Source of the DNA: a virus
Lineage: Duplodnaviria; Caudoviricetes
Direction: 5' to 3' (one strand)
DNA: 64,000 nt
IMG/VR virus record: IMGVR_UViG_3300020576_002947
Location: 32,001 to 96,000 of that record
Position numbers and translations under genes: made by a program
Notes under the pieces: generated by a model
Told to the model about the DNA's origin: nothing
Seen by the model: the letters and a program-made list of their open reading frames with translations, nothing else
Databases searched by the model: none
Shown: positions 45,374 through 55,501 of the stretch, piece after piece
How positions within the stretch are numbered: position 1 is the stretch's first letter
Layout: each line of letters opens with the position of its first letter

Positions 45374-45597
45374 TGAAACCATTTCAGTTAGTTATAAATG
45401 ACGATAATGTCCAGGGCTTATCACTGAGAGCTTGGCAATGGTGTAATGAACAGAAACAAGTATCACTTAATTGGTCCCATTCTACATATACTACAACTGG
45501 TGTAGAAATTGTTTATTGTAATAGACAAGCACCTGAGACTATTAGCCACTTAGAGATAATTGGTTTAGCACTTTATAAGGGTTGGAAGGGCTTTTAA
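45373..45597 (+). CDS. Hypothetical protein
   Basis: TAATG-coupled ORF. Confidence 0.55.
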   Translation: MKPFQLVINDDNVQGLSLRAWQWCNEQKQVSLNWSHSTYTTTGVEIVYCNRQAPETISHLEIIGLALYKGWKGF

Positions 45598-45598
45598 A

Positions 45599-45811
45599 TT
45601 GCCCAGATTCTTACTATTCCGTGGAGATAGATGGTATCCTAGTGGTGGTTGGAGGGACTTTGGTTCAAGCTCTGACGACCCTACTGAGTTACTACAAACT
45701 GTATTAGATGAAAAGTCTGATTGGTGGCATATTGTTGATTTAGAAACAGGTAACATGTATGTTGATGCTAAAGATGTTACACGTTTAATTGAGAGGTTGA
45801 GAAATGATTAA
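45599..45811 (+). CDS. Small phage hypothetical protein (YPSGGW.DF family)
   Basis: FLLF.G..WYPSGGW.DF...W.HIVDL.TG. Confidence 0.7.
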   Translation: MPRFLLFRGDRWYPSGGWRDFGSSSDDPTELLQTVLDEKSDWWHIVDLETGNMYVDAKDVTRLIERLRND

Positions 45812-46067
45812 TTTAGAAGAAATTAAATATACTATATCGGTAATAAATAAAGGTGATGGTACTGAAACCGAGTTCGTAGTTTACCAGGGGAGAGAGAACC
45901 TGGATGAGATGATAAAGCAGATTGAAGATACAGATGCTACTGTTATTATAAAAGCTAATCATCCTGCTACAGAGAAGACTGCTGGGATTCGATATACAGA
46001 CTTTAAGGTAGATAGTTTAAGATCAGCTGTGTCTGGTATTAAGGATTTATTTAGCACACTAGAGTAG
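45804..46067 (+). CDS. Hypothetical protein
   Basis: ORF in array. Confidence 0.55.
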   Translation: MINLEEIKYTISVINKGDGTETEFVVYQGRENLDEMIKQIEDTDATVIIKANHPATEKTAGIRYTDFKVDSLRSAVSGIKDLFSTLE

Positions 46068-46082
46068 GAGAATAGTACTAAT

Positions 46083-46397
46083 ATGAACTTACGCTATTGG
46101 AACGAAGTTAAAGCAGCAAAAACTCATATCTGTAGTGTTACAGGAGATTTAATTCCTGTTAAGCAGAATTATTATAAAAGACAGATCGCTAATAGTACTA
46201 TTTATTGTTACACTGTTTCATTTTTTGGGTACTGGTTAGTTTCTAGGTATTGGAAAGATGATCCTTCTTGCTGGGGAAAGGATACTTTTGTTGACGCTAG
46301 GCAATTAGCATTAAAGGAATTCGGAAGCCTTGATGAAGCTAGAACATATTGGCAGACGAGTTTAAAAGAAGTATTTATTATAAAGAGACCTGTATGA
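46083..46397 (+). CDS. Hypothetical protein (degenerate A.K.H.C Zn-finger family)
   Basis: KAAKTHICSVTG..I....Y. Confidence 0.55.
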   Translation: MNLRYWNEVKAAKTHICSVTGDLIPVKQNYYKRQIANSTIYCYTVSFFGYWLVSRYWKDDPSCWGKDTFVDARQLALKEFGSLDEARTYWQTSLKEVFIIKRPV

Positions 46398-46645
46398 TTG
46401 ATAAAGTATACTGTTTAGAATATAACGATAGATGGGAAGGAATTATGAGCTATACTCTTTATCACCAGTTCAGAGATGCTTTTGACGAAGGAGAAAAGGC
46501 TGCTAAGGACTGGGATTCAGAATATAAATTTACATCAGAGCCTGAGCCTACTCCTCTTAAATTAGAGGATGAGCATGTTCTAGGAAGCTGGTGGTGTCCT
46601 AGTTTACAGCAATCATTAATAATTAAGGCTATTAAAATAAAATAG
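46394..46645 (+). CDS. Hypothetical protein
   Basis: ATGA-coupled ORF. Confidence 0.55.
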   Translation: MIDKVYCLEYNDRWEGIMSYTLYHQFRDAFDEGEKAAKDWDSEYKFTSEPEPTPLKLEDEHVLGSWWCPSLQQSLIIKAIKIK

Positions 46646-46671
46646 TCGTTAATGGTATATAAAGAGCTTAT

Positions 46672-47253
46672 ATGGAAATACGTTCTAAGGAAAATGTAAA
46701 GAATCATGGAGAAGTGTTTACACCTCTTCATATCGTAGACGAGATGTTAGATCTGTTTCCACAAGAAGTATGGGAAGATCCGTCTTACATTTTCCTAGAA
46801 CCAACTTGTGGTAATGGTAACTTTCTTAAGAAGATTGCTGTTAAAAGATTTCATCATGGTATATCACCAATAGAAACACTTAATACTCTGATAGGCTTGG
46901 ACATATCAAAAGAGAATATCTTTGATTCAAGGTGCTACCTAGCAAGAGTGTATGGGTGGATGCTATTAAAGAATGATGTAAAGGTCAATTCTAGAGACTG
47001 GATGAGAGCGGTTGTTTATGCAATGGCTGTACTAAAGAATAACTTTCTTGTAGTAGATGATAGTCTTAAAGTCATTAAAGAATATCCTAATGGTCTTTTA
47101 GGAGAAATGAAGTTTGTAGAAAACGACCCTACTGGGCATAAGGATGTAATGACTACTAAAGAAAGAAATGATTTACTTAAAAAATGTATTAGTATTTATA
47201 AACAACAGGACCATCCAATAACAAAGGAGTTTTATCACCATGTTAGAAATTAA
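46672..47253 (+). CDS. DNA adenine methyltransferase, SAM-binding half
   Basis: GEVFTP..IV..M, FLEPTCGNGNFL, GLDI; no NPPY. Confidence 0.85.
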   Translation: MEIRSKENVKNHGEVFTPLHIVDEMLDLFPQEVWEDPSYIFLEPTCGNGNFLKKIAVKRFHHGISPIETLNTLIGLDISKENIFDSRCYLARVYGWMLLKNDVKVNSRDWMRAVVYAMAVLKNNFLVVDDSLKVIKEYPNGLLGEMKFVENDPTGHKDVMTTKERNDLLKKCISIYKQQDHPITKEFYHHVRN

Positions 47254-48556
47254 TGACTGGTACAAGTTCTTAGAAACTTGCTTAACACAACCAGTAACCC
47301 GACAAAGGATTCTTAAGTATATTACTGTTAGTGCTCCTGATAATTGGCAGAGTGTTCATACACCTTTTCACATTGTTCGTGAAATGTGTGACCTTATTCC
47401 AAATGAAAATGATCTTGGTTACTATGTATTCTTCTCTAATGAATTCTTAGAAGTACTTATACACGAACGAAATATAGATCCTAAGAAGGTTCTATTCTTG
47501 CCTGATAACGAGCTTGAAGGAAAGCTCATGAAAAAAGTCTATGGCTGTAATTATCATGTTCTTGACAAATCAATTCTCCAAAATAAAACCATTGACCTAT
47601 CGGGTATACCTATGAAGTTTGATAAGTTAGTAGTATTAGGTAATCCTCCTTATCAGGAGATGAATGCATTAGATGGTTCTGATAATCAAAATGCATCTCC
47701 TCTTTACCACTTATTTATTGATTCAATAAATACTAGACTTAATCCTTCCTATTTAAGTTTTATCATTCCAAGTAAATGGTTAAGTGGCGGTCGAGGGTTG
47801 GGTGAGTTTAGGGAAAATATGTTTAAGAGACGCCAATTAAGTGTTATTAAACACTTTCCAGGAGAAAGTTCTGTTTTTAAAGACGTTTCAATAAAAGGAG
47901 GAGTAATGTACTTTCTACAAGAAAGTACATTTAAAGCTGAGTTAGACTTTATTTATAATGATGTTATTAAAAAAAGAGTTCTTAATCAGTACGACATTTT
48001 TATACTTGATCATATTGGACCTGGAATTTTAAGTAAAGTACTTGAAAAATCTAAAAGTTTCTTATCTTCTACTTGTAGCCCTCAAACCCCGTTCGGGGTT
48101 TTGAGTAGTTTTAACAACTTTCAAAACAAAGGACAAAAGTGCTGGATGAAGTTCTCTAACTTGCAATTTATACCAGAAAGTAGTTATAAAGATCCTTTAG
48201 ATTTAAAAGACAAGTATAAACTTTTGATTAGTAAAGCAACTGGGCTAGCCTGTACGCCCATACCTATTATTCCCAGTATTATTGCACTTCCGGGAGAAAT
48301 TTGCTCTCAGTCTTATCTAGTTCTTAAAACTTTTAATAAGAAGAAAGAATGTGAAAATTTTCAAGTATACTTTAATACTAAGTTTTTAAGATTTATACTT
48401 TCTTTAAGAGCTATTACTCAATCAATATCAAGAGACAAATTTGCCTGGGTTCCTGACATGGAAGATTATTCCAAAGTATGGACTGATGAAGAACTGTACA
48501 AACATTTTGAGTTAACACAAGAAGAGATTGACTATATAGAGAGTAAGATAAAATGA
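47240..48556 (+). CDS. Eco57I-like adenine methyltransferase with catalytic NPPY and TRD
   Basis: GNPPYQ, LY..F, FIIPSKW, F..V.I.GG, C-terminal L...E...IE; motif X/I degenerate (QSVHTP). Confidence 0.88.
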   Translation: MLEINDWYKFLETCLTQPVTRQRILKYITVSAPDNWQSVHTPFHIVREMCDLIPNENDLGYYVFFSNEFLEVLIHERNIDPKKVLFLPDNELEGKLMKKVYGCNYHVLDKSILQNKTIDLSGIPMKFDKLVVLGNPPYQEMNALDGSDNQNASPLYHLFIDSINTRLNPSYLSFIIPSKWLSGGRGLGEFRENMFKRRQLSVIKHFPGESSVFKDVSIKGGVMYFLQESTFKAELDFIYNDVIKKRVLNQYDIFILDHIGPGILSKVLEKSKSFLSSTCSPQTPFGVLSSFNNFQNKGQKCWMKFSNLQFIPESSYKDPLDLKDKYKLLISKATGLACTPIPIIPSIIALPGEICSQSYLVLKTFNKKKECENFQVYFNTKFLRFILSLRAITQSISRDKFAWVPDMEDYSKVWTDEELYKHFELTQEEIDYIESKIK

Positions 48557-48571
48557 GTTTTGAGGTAAAAC

Positions 48572-49183
48572 TTGAATAACTTAGATTCAAACTTTATCGG
48601 TATTTTAGCTCTCCTAGGAGGAGCGTTTACGATAATAATAATATTTTCTATTGTAGGATTAAGAGGTAAAGCAAAAGCTAAGAGGGATGAGGTTTCTGTT
48701 TTAGATAGACTTAATAACCTAGAACCAAATATAAATTATAAACTTAAATTATTAGATGATATAATTAATCAAAAATTAAAATCACTAGAACTTGGACAAA
48801 GTCATTTAGTACTAGAAATAAATAGAATACTGAAAGAAACAAGTAAGATAATTCAAGACTTAGAAAAATCATCAAAGGTTTATAATACTAAAAATACTAA
48901 GACTTTGACTAATTTAAGTATAGATATAGAAGCTCAAAAACTCATTCTAAGTAAAATCGTTGATCAAATTAAAGATATATATCCGATTAATCTTGAGTTA
49001 ACTGCTTCTGAAATAAAGCATCTAAAATCGACAAAGATTTTAGATAACAAAGTAAAAAAAATACCGACTTATAAACAAGAAGTTAAAAGCAAAGCTGACA
49101 GAGATCAAATTGATTGTTTATGGGATGAGGAGGAATTTGACTCTTGGGCTTATGCTCAAGCTGAATTGCATTTCTATGAATAA
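48572..49183 (+). CDS. Membrane-anchored coiled-coil protein
   Basis: N-terminal TM (FIGILALLGGAFTIIIIFSIV). Confidence 0.6.
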   Translation: MNNLDSNFIGILALLGGAFTIIIIFSIVGLRGKAKAKRDEVSVLDRLNNLEPNINYKLKLLDDIINQKLKSLELGQSHLVLEINRILKETSKIIQDLEKSSKVYNTKNTKTLTNLSIDIEAQKLILSKIVDQIKDIYPINLELTASEIKHLKSTKILDNKVKKIPTYKQEVKSKADRDQIDCLWDEEEFDSWAYAQAELHFYE

Positions 49184-49385
49184 TATTCCTGGAAAGATTA
49201 TAGCTATTACTACTTCATTCTTGCCAGCCGGATATAGCAATGGAAATTTTATCCTCCATACTGTTCTAACAGATCAAGGCGAGTTGTATGAGAATTATGT
49301 TAGCGATGGAAAAGCAAATGTACCTGATGATGGACTTTGGAGAAAAGTATCGTTAAAGGTATTTGATACAAACGATCATGTTTAA
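49176..49385 (+). CDS. Hypothetical protein
   Basis: VLTDQG.LY...W motif. Confidence 0.5.
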   Translation: MNNIPGKIIAITTSFLPAGYSNGNFILHTVLTDQGELYENYVSDGKANVPDDGLWRKVSLKVFDTNDHV

Positions 49386-51204
49386 ATGGATTAAAGATTT
49401 ATTTATTAAACCAGAAGGTAATAATCCTCCTGAAATAGCACCACCTAGGCCATTACCAACTAACACTTCAGGTGTTGTTAGTGTTGATCTTCCTAATACT
49501 GAACCTCCACGATCTAGTTCTCCTCCACCTAAGGTTCCTAAAGTAACCTATCCAGAATCTGATTACAAAGACTGGAGTAGAGATGTTGTTAAGGTTGAGA
49601 AAGATAGGCCTTTGCTCATTCCAAATGATCTTGATTCAAGAGATAAGATATTTGAAGACTTCTATCAGACGTTAAGAGAGCACCAGAAAGATGCGTATCA
49701 CTCTCAACATACTGAAGACATTGGTCAATTAATACTTCCTACAGGTACTGGAAAGACAAAAGTACAGATAGCAATTCATGTAGACCAGATGATCGATAAT
49801 GAGCTTTATTATGATCCTCCTACAGTACATGTCATTGCAGCTCATAGACTAGTACTTTGTGCTCAGCTCTTAAATGAGTTAGTAGATCTAGCTGTTAAGT
49901 GTAGACTTGCTTTCAATATTCTTCTTGTTGGAAGTGACAGGGTAGATGAGTCAGAGTTTCATAAGAAGTTCTATGGACATAAGCTAGACAAATCAAATCT
50001 AGAAGCAATCTCAAGTACTTCTACAGAAGACATCAAATCATTTGTTGAGAAGAGTAAAGAACAAGGAAGAAACGTTATATGCGTAAGCACATACCATTCT
50101 TTCCATAAGCTTAAGGATGTAAAAGTTGACTTAGCTACATTTGATGAAGCTCATGTTCTTGTCAACTCTTCTGATAACTTTCTATCTAATATAGCTGAAG
50201 TTAACATAACTCGTAAGTTCTTCTTTACAGCAACTCGTAAAGTAATTAACGAAGAGTTTGGGATGAATGATGAAAGAATCTTTGGTCCCGTGCTTTATGA
50301 AGTCTCCCCTAGAGAGATGATCGATAAGGGAGAAATCGTTGCTCCAAAACTTCATATCATTCGACCTCTTGGGGAAGGTGATTGGAATAACGATTCTATG
50401 CTTGTTAAAAGCATTACTGATGGCTTTACACAGCATACGGCATTTGTAAAAAAGTATTCATATGACCCTTCTCTAATAGGTCCTAAACTGCTAGTAACTA
50501 CTACAGGTGCTAAGGAGTTAATGGAGATCGTTAAGTCAGAAGTATTTAGTGATTACTGCTATAAGAACAGTATCTGGGTGCTAGGCTTTAGTTCAACAGC
50601 AGGTTACTACTTACAAGTACCTGGTGATAAAAAAGTTAGATCAGTAAGCAGACAGGAATTAACAACAGTAATGAATACACTTCGTCCATTAGATGAAGCA
50701 ATCTTACTTCATATTGATATACTGACTGAAGGTATTGACCTTCCTGGAATCACAGGTGTTATGCCTTTTAGGGAACTTAACAAAACCAAGCTTCTTCAAA
50801 CTATAGGCAGAGCTGCTAGATTAGTTCCTGCAGACCGAGAACGATTGTATAGAAATACGATTGGCCCAAAAGAGCTTTCTTATTTCGTAAAACCTTATTC
50901 ATGGATTCTTATACCAGAATTCTTTAGAAGTTTGGGTAATAGCGAACAGATGATTAGTACTCTTACTACCATCTTTAATAGCTATGCCGTTCCAGTAGAA
51001 GAGTATATTGTTCCAGATAGGTTCTTAGCAAATAAGATACCTGACTTGGATAACATTACTAGTCTAGAAGACCTACGAAAGAAACTAAGTGAGTGTGATC
51101 TAGATCATACTATACAGAGTATCTTAATGGACGCTCTTGAAACAGCTTTTCATAACGAAGAGTTCCAAGACGTACTGGAGAAGTTTATACATGAGCAGCC
51201 TTAA
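49378..51204 (+). CDS. SF2 (ResIII/Type ISP-like) DEAH helicase
   Basis: LREHQ, LPTGTGKT, STYHS, FDEAH, FTAT, LTEGIDLP, QTIGRAAR. Confidence 0.9.
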   Translation: MFKWIKDLFIKPEGNNPPEIAPPRPLPTNTSGVVSVDLPNTEPPRSSSPPPKVPKVTYPESDYKDWSRDVVKVEKDRPLLIPNDLDSRDKIFEDFYQTLREHQKDAYHSQHTEDIGQLILPTGTGKTKVQIAIHVDQMIDNELYYDPPTVHVIAAHRLVLCAQLLNELVDLAVKCRLAFNILLVGSDRVDESEFHKKFYGHKLDKSNLEAISSTSTEDIKSFVEKSKEQGRNVICVSTYHSFHKLKDVKVDLATFDEAHVLVNSSDNFLSNIAEVNITRKFFFTATRKVINEEFGMNDERIFGPVLYEVSPREMIDKGEIVAPKLHIIRPLGEGDWNNDSMLVKSITDGFTQHTAFVKKYSYDPSLIGPKLLVTTTGAKELMEIVKSEVFSDYCYKNSIWVLGFSSTAGYYLQVPGDKKVRSVSRQELTTVMNTLRPLDEAILLHIDILTEGIDLPGITGVMPFRELNKTKLLQTIGRAARLVPADRERLYRNTIGPKELSYFVKPYSWILIPEFFRSLGNSEQMISTLTTIFNSYAVPVEEYIVPDRFLANKIPDLDNITSLEDLRKKLSECDLDHTIQSILMDALETAFHNEEFQDVLEKFIHEQP

Positions 51205-51796
51205 GTGCTCAATGATATTTAGTTATCCTCAATATTACCTGGATTTATACACAGGCAATATATCTTCTTTTAGACAATGGTTAAATGAAATCCATAGAGT
51301 CTCAGACAAGATAGTGGATGAAGATGAAAGGTTAAAGTTTAGAGGAGATAATCTAGAAATATTCTCTGAAATGTTCTTTAACCTTTTTCAGAATCATCCT
51401 GCTTTTGGTGTAAGAGATTATACTCCTGTTAAGATCGAAAATGATTATGGTGTTGATGCTACTGGTGTTAACGTAAATGGTCATAAGTGTGCAATTCAGG
51501 TTAAGTATAGATCTAATCCAGAAGACAAAATCTCTTATGCTGATATAGCTAGAACATTTACTAGCGGAGTATTACAACTAGGTTTAATCGATCTAGTTGA
51601 TCATGATCATACAGTCTATCTATTTACAAATACAAATGAGGTAACATCTGCATTTACTAAAGTTCTTGGTAATAAAGCAGTACTAATTACCAAAGATAAA
51701 ATTGAATATTTAGTAGATGGTAATAAAGGTTTTTGGGATGGAACGCATGAGTTAATACTCAATACCTTAGATAATACAAAAAAAGGTAATCTTTAA
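51191..51796 (+). CDS. Mrr-like PD-(D/E)xK restriction endonuclease
   Basis: G..LE.F.E, DYGVDA, AIQVKY. Confidence 0.75.
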   Translation: MSSLKCSMIFSYPQYYLDLYTGNISSFRQWLNEIHRVSDKIVDEDERLKFRGDNLEIFSEMFFNLFQNHPAFGVRDYTPVKIENDYGVDATGVNVNGHKCAIQVKYRSNPEDKISYADIARTFTSGVLQLGLIDLVDHDHTVYLFTNTNEVTSAFTKVLGNKAVLITKDKIEYLVDGNKGFWDGTHELILNTLDNTKKGNL

Positions 51797-51798
51797 TT

Positions 51799-52098
51799 AT
51801 GAAAGAATTAGAATATAGTCACGACCGATCTGACCCTACCAAACATGCATTAGATATTGCACTTCACTACGCTGGTATTGATGGTGGCATGCATAAGATG
51901 TGGGTTATAGATCAAATGATTCGTGCCCTTACTAACTGTCCTCTTGTCACAAAGGTCGGTTGGAATAAAGAATATACTTATGAAGCCTTAGGAGAATCTG
52001 ATGAGTACAAGAACTGGGTAAGAACCTATGAGTACGAAGATACTGAGGATGAATCCTGCGAGAAAACATATGAGTGGGATATTGGAACAGCTCCATAA
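51799..52098 (+). CDS. Phage hypothetical protein
   Basis: DG..HK.WVIDQM.RAL...WD.G.AP conserved-looking pattern. Confidence 0.65.
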   Translation: MKELEYSHDRSDPTKHALDIALHYAGIDGGMHKMWVIDQMIRALTNCPLVTKVGWNKEYTYEALGESDEYKNWVRTYEYEDTEDESCEKTYEWDIGTAP

Positions 52099-52106
52099 GA
52101 GGATTA

Positions 52107-52355
52107 ATGAATAACGAACTAATATTAGGTTGTTTGATAGGTTTAGGTATCTCAGCTCTTGCTACTCTATTCTTTTTTTCTTTAAGTAGTAAAAAGTCTC
52201 CTCCAGGACCTAAACCCGAAGACTTATATACAGCCAAAAAGAATTTTAATTATAATCCAACTTACTTATACCAAAAGATAATCTTTAGTAAGTGTGGAGT
52301 ACCTTACTATGTTTTAGGTGTTGGAGATAACGGGATTAGAGTAACACGATCCTAA
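52107..52355 (+). CDS. Small membrane protein
   Basis: N-terminal TM. Confidence 0.55.
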   Translation: MNNELILGCLIGLGISALATLFFFSLSSKKSPPGPKPEDLYTAKKNFNYNPTYLYQKIIFSKCGVPYYVLGVGDNGIRVTRS

Positions 52356-52358
52356 CGA

Positions 52359-52724
52359 ATGAAAATTTACTACGCCCATCCTATAAATACATATGGAACT
52401 GATCTTGAAAAGAAAGATCTAGATACCTTATCAAAACTAGGCTTTACTATTCTTAATCCTAATGAACTAATTCATCAAGAAGGTTATCAAGAAAGGAAGA
52501 AACAGAATCCTGATAATCCTATGAGTTACTTTATAGAATTGGTAGAGAGTTGTGAAGCATTTGCTTTCAGAACCTTTCCTGACAATACAATAGGAGCTGG
52601 TGTTGGTATTGAAATGGAGCGTGCTAATGAGCTCGGGCTTCCTATTATTCAATTACCTTCCCCAGAACCGGTAGTACTATCAGTAGAACAGACAAGAGTA
52701 ATTTTAAAATTACTAAAAAGATAA
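52359..52724 (+). CDS. Nucleoside 2-deoxyribosyltransferase-like protein
   Basis: KIYYAHPI, LNP, GAGV..E...A...G.PI. Confidence 0.75.
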   Translation: MKIYYAHPINTYGTDLEKKDLDTLSKLGFTILNPNELIHQEGYQERKKQNPDNPMSYFIELVESCEAFAFRTFPDNTIGAGVGIEMERANELGLPIIQLPSPEPVVLSVEQTRVILKLLKR

Positions 52725-52747
52725 TATTTATTTAATAAAATTTTTAC

Positions 52748-53212
52748 TTGGTTAGTAGCATGAATCAGTGGGTTGAAGAAGGTAACGATAAACTATTAGA
52801 ATCTATTGGATTTTCTTATGTAAAGAACGAAGATGTTTATTACAAGATAGTTCCTATTTATGGAAATCATTATTTGTTTATACAAGTTGAAAAACACTTG
52901 GACGAGTTTATAGTTGACACTGAATGTCATATCTTTAAAGAAGCAGGGTTACCTACTTTCAATGACTTAATTGATAAGCTTTCTATTGCAACAATCGTTG
53001 ATGCTGATTGGGATGGTTATTATAGTGATGTTGAATCAATAGTGGAAACACTAAAAGAAACGGTCATTCCTTTAAAACTAGGAAGAATGATTTATCTGTA
53101 TAGAGCAACTGATAATGATCCTGTAATAGATGACTTTGTTATTTGTGATACAGACATCTTGATTGTAGATCAGGAAAGTCCTATTGATGAAATCGAGATC
53201 AGGTTAGTATGA
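52748..53212 (+). CDS. Acidic hypothetical protein
   Basis: ORF in array. Confidence 0.55.
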   Translation: MVSSMNQWVEEGNDKLLESIGFSYVKNEDVYYKIVPIYGNHYLFIQVEKHLDEFIVDTECHIFKEAGLPTFNDLIDKLSIATIVDADWDGYYSDVESIVETLKETVIPLKLGRMIYLYRATDNDPVIDDFVICDTDILIVDQESPIDEIEIRLV

Positions 53213-53718
53213 CAAAAGAAGAAAAAGAACTAATTAATTTAAATAATCGTAAAAAGGAACTTGAGGAGATTATTGCAAGGAAGCAGAAAAGCAGCGTTGA
53301 TACTGTTCTTCCTAACCTAAAGCAACTTCACAGCGGCTGGAAATTAGATGAAGATAGAACTGATGGGGATGATGTCGCTTGGAATCTTATGCTTCATGTC
53401 GATAGCAACGAAGTCCCTGAAATCTATCAAGATGTAGAAGTTTTTGTTATTTTTAGCTTAGTCTATGGTTCATTTTCAGCAGGTATTTGTGATCAAGATG
53501 GAGAAGATATTACTAGTAAAGATGATATCTGTAGTTTAACAGAGGTAATTGACTATCTTGCTAATCTTGAAATACCTTATTGTGTAACTACTATGATTGC
53601 TTCTAGTACTTATGCTATAGATGAAATCGATCTTAGTGACTATAGTGTTAAACTTTTAAGTCGAAATTCAGTAGAAAAGTATTTTAGAATTTTTAACAAT
53701 TCTGTGGTTGCTATCTAA
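53209..53718 (+). CDS. Acidic hypothetical protein, paralog of 44499..44978
   Basis: RKKELEE coil; SAGIC..DGEDI. Confidence 0.6.
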   Translation: MTKEEKELINLNNRKKELEEIIARKQKSSVDTVLPNLKQLHSGWKLDEDRTDGDDVAWNLMLHVDSNEVPEIYQDVEVFVIFSLVYGSFSAGICDQDGEDITSKDDICSLTEVIDYLANLEIPYCVTTMIASSTYAIDEIDLSDYSVKLLSRNSVEKYFRIFNNSVVAI

Positions 53719-53957
53719 TGAAACCTTTTCATATTCAACTGTTTGATTCTCTGGATAAGAGATATGTAGGTCCTGTATACGTAGTATATAGTACCGATCC
53801 TGATTCTACTAAGGACTCTTTTACTGCAGACTGGGAGAGATCCTTATCGTTTGTAGTAAAAGAGCACCCAGAAGATTGGTCAATTCCTGATATCATTATA
53901 AATCTTCCTAGGTATTGGGTACTTGAGGAATTAGAAATTACAGAGATTAAATTCTAA
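53718..53957 (+). CDS. Hypothetical protein
   Basis: TAATG-coupled ORF. Confidence 0.55.
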   Translation: MKPFHIQLFDSLDKRYVGPVYVVYSTDPDSTKDSFTADWERSLSFVVKEHPEDWSIPDIIINLPRYWVLEELEITEIKF

Positions 53958-54367
53958 TGGCTTTAAAAACTAAGTATGAAACATCTTTTATAGTTATGCC
54001 GACAATGTGCAACTTTAGATTTCCACAAATCTTTGGTGGTGCATTCATGTCAAAACTAGATCTCTGTGCAGCTGCTACTTGTAGTCAATTGCTACAGTTT
54101 TCTAACTCGCCATGTGACAATGCAGTAACCTATAAAGTTCTTGATTTAACCTTTTTCAAAAGTGCTAGTCTAGGAGACTTAATCTTTCTAGAAGGAACTG
54201 TAGTAGAACTAAGAAATAACAGTATTACTGTAAATGTTAAAGCTTATAAACAGGACAGGCTACAAAAGTATCCTGAACCTATTTTGTGTGCAGAAGCTAC
54301 CTTTGTTTTTGTTACACTTAAAGATTCTAACTATACTTCACACGGACTGAAATTAAATGATTTTTAG
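53957..54367 (+). CDS. Hotdog-fold acyl-CoA thioesterase (YciA-like)
   Basis: VMP..CN....IFGG..M..LD..A, AVT, F......GD, A.F.FV. Confidence 0.85.
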   Translation: MALKTKYETSFIVMPTMCNFRFPQIFGGAFMSKLDLCAAATCSQLLQFSNSPCDNAVTYKVLDLTFFKSASLGDLIFLEGTVVELRNNSITVNVKAYKQDRLQKYPEPILCAEATFVFVTLKDSNYTSHGLKLNDF

Positions 54368-54770
54368 CGACCCAGTTATACCTACCCTTGTTATATTGCT
54401 TGTATATATTGCAGGTATGCTTGTTGGATGGATCTCAAAAGACCAGTTCATAGCAAAACCTACTGCAGTAGAGACAATAGTACAAGAGCGTAAACCAGTA
54501 CAAATTCGTACTTCTTTGTTAGGCTTTCCTTTTAAGATCTACTACGAAATTTATCTTCATAAAGATAAAGATGAGTCTTTTCATATTATAGATTTCTTTG
54601 TTGACGAAGAGACTGATGATCCTATGTACTCTGTAGGAATGCCAAACATTACTGAAGGTAGTAACATGGATCAAGATCTTGCTATCTTAATTGAAACACT
54701 TACAATTATTAATGAAGACTCTACAAAGACAGTATCGCCTGTTCTAACTATAGCAGAAGTAGATAAATGA
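54357..54770 (+). CDS. Membrane-anchored hypothetical protein
   Basis: N-terminal TM. Confidence 0.55.
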   Translation: MIFSDPVIPTLVILLVYIAGMLVGWISKDQFIAKPTAVETIVQERKPVQIRTSLLGFPFKIYYEIYLHKDKDESFHIIDFFVDEETDDPMYSVGMPNITEGSNMDQDLAILIETLTIINEDSTKTVSPVLTIAEVDK

Positions 54771-55039
54771 AAATTACTAATAAAATTATTTTTCGTGGTA
54801 TCTGGGACACTCACACTGATACCTATTTCACAGGTACTTGTACTTTAAATGGTGCAAGTAGTTACTTGTATGACTGTCCTATCGAAGAACAGTATGATCT
54901 AAGAGATCTTCTTAATAGAGGACCAGTAACAATAGAGTTTATTGAATGTCAACTTACAGCCGAAGACGCTATAAAAGAATACTCTGATGAAACAGATGAG
55001 ATGACTGAGTGGTGTGGCAAAGAGGAAGATGATGAATGA
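54767..55039 (+). CDS. Hypothetical protein
   Basis: ORF in array. Confidence 0.55.
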   Translation: MKITNKIIFRGIWDTHTDTYFTGTCTLNGASSYLYDCPIEEQYDLRDLLNRGPVTIEFIECQLTAEDAIKEYSDETDEMTEWCGKEEDDE

Positions 55040-55169
55040 GTACTATTATGATGATGACTATTATGAATACTCTCGTGCAGAAGCGGAATACTATTCTTAT
55101 CTAGAACAAGAGTATGATGAGTATTGTAGAAGACTTCTTAGTGGTGAAGAGATTTTGGTGATGATATGA
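55032..55169 (+). CDS. Small Tyr/acidic protein (45 aa, not in ORF track)
   Basis: MNEYYYDDDYYEY...GEEILVMI; overlaps both neighbours. Confidence 0.6.
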   Translation: MNEYYYDDDYYEYSRAEAEYYSYLEQEYDEYCRRLLSGEEILVMI

Positions 55170-55501
55170 TTTGGACATCAAAGCTTATATTAGATTACGA
55201 AATTGATACTTTAGAAGTCAATGGAGATATTTGTTCTTTATACGATTTAGATGATAACATAGTTTATTTTACTTTGAGGTCTAAACAACTTATTAGACTT
55301 TCTAGATGGGAATCACACACTGAATTCGTTATTGAATCAGAAGGAAAATTCTATAGGTTTATGGTCTCTAACGGTTTAACCGAGAATGAAGATTGTGATC
55401 CAAAGGTTTATAACATTGAAGAAGTCTTTCCAGCTGAAGTTCTAGTAACTAGATACTTTAACACTGAAGAGTTATCTGTCTTAAATGGAGATGTAGAATA
55501 A
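55166..55501 (+). CDS. Hypothetical protein
   Basis: SRW...VI...GKFY.....GLTE.ED...EV.P.EV....Y pattern. Confidence 0.6.
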   Translation: MIWTSKLILDYEIDTLEVNGDICSLYDLDDNIVYFTLRSKQLIRLSRWESHTEFVIESEGKFYRFMVSNGLTENEDCDPKVYNIEEVFPAEVLVTRYFNTEELSVLNGDVE

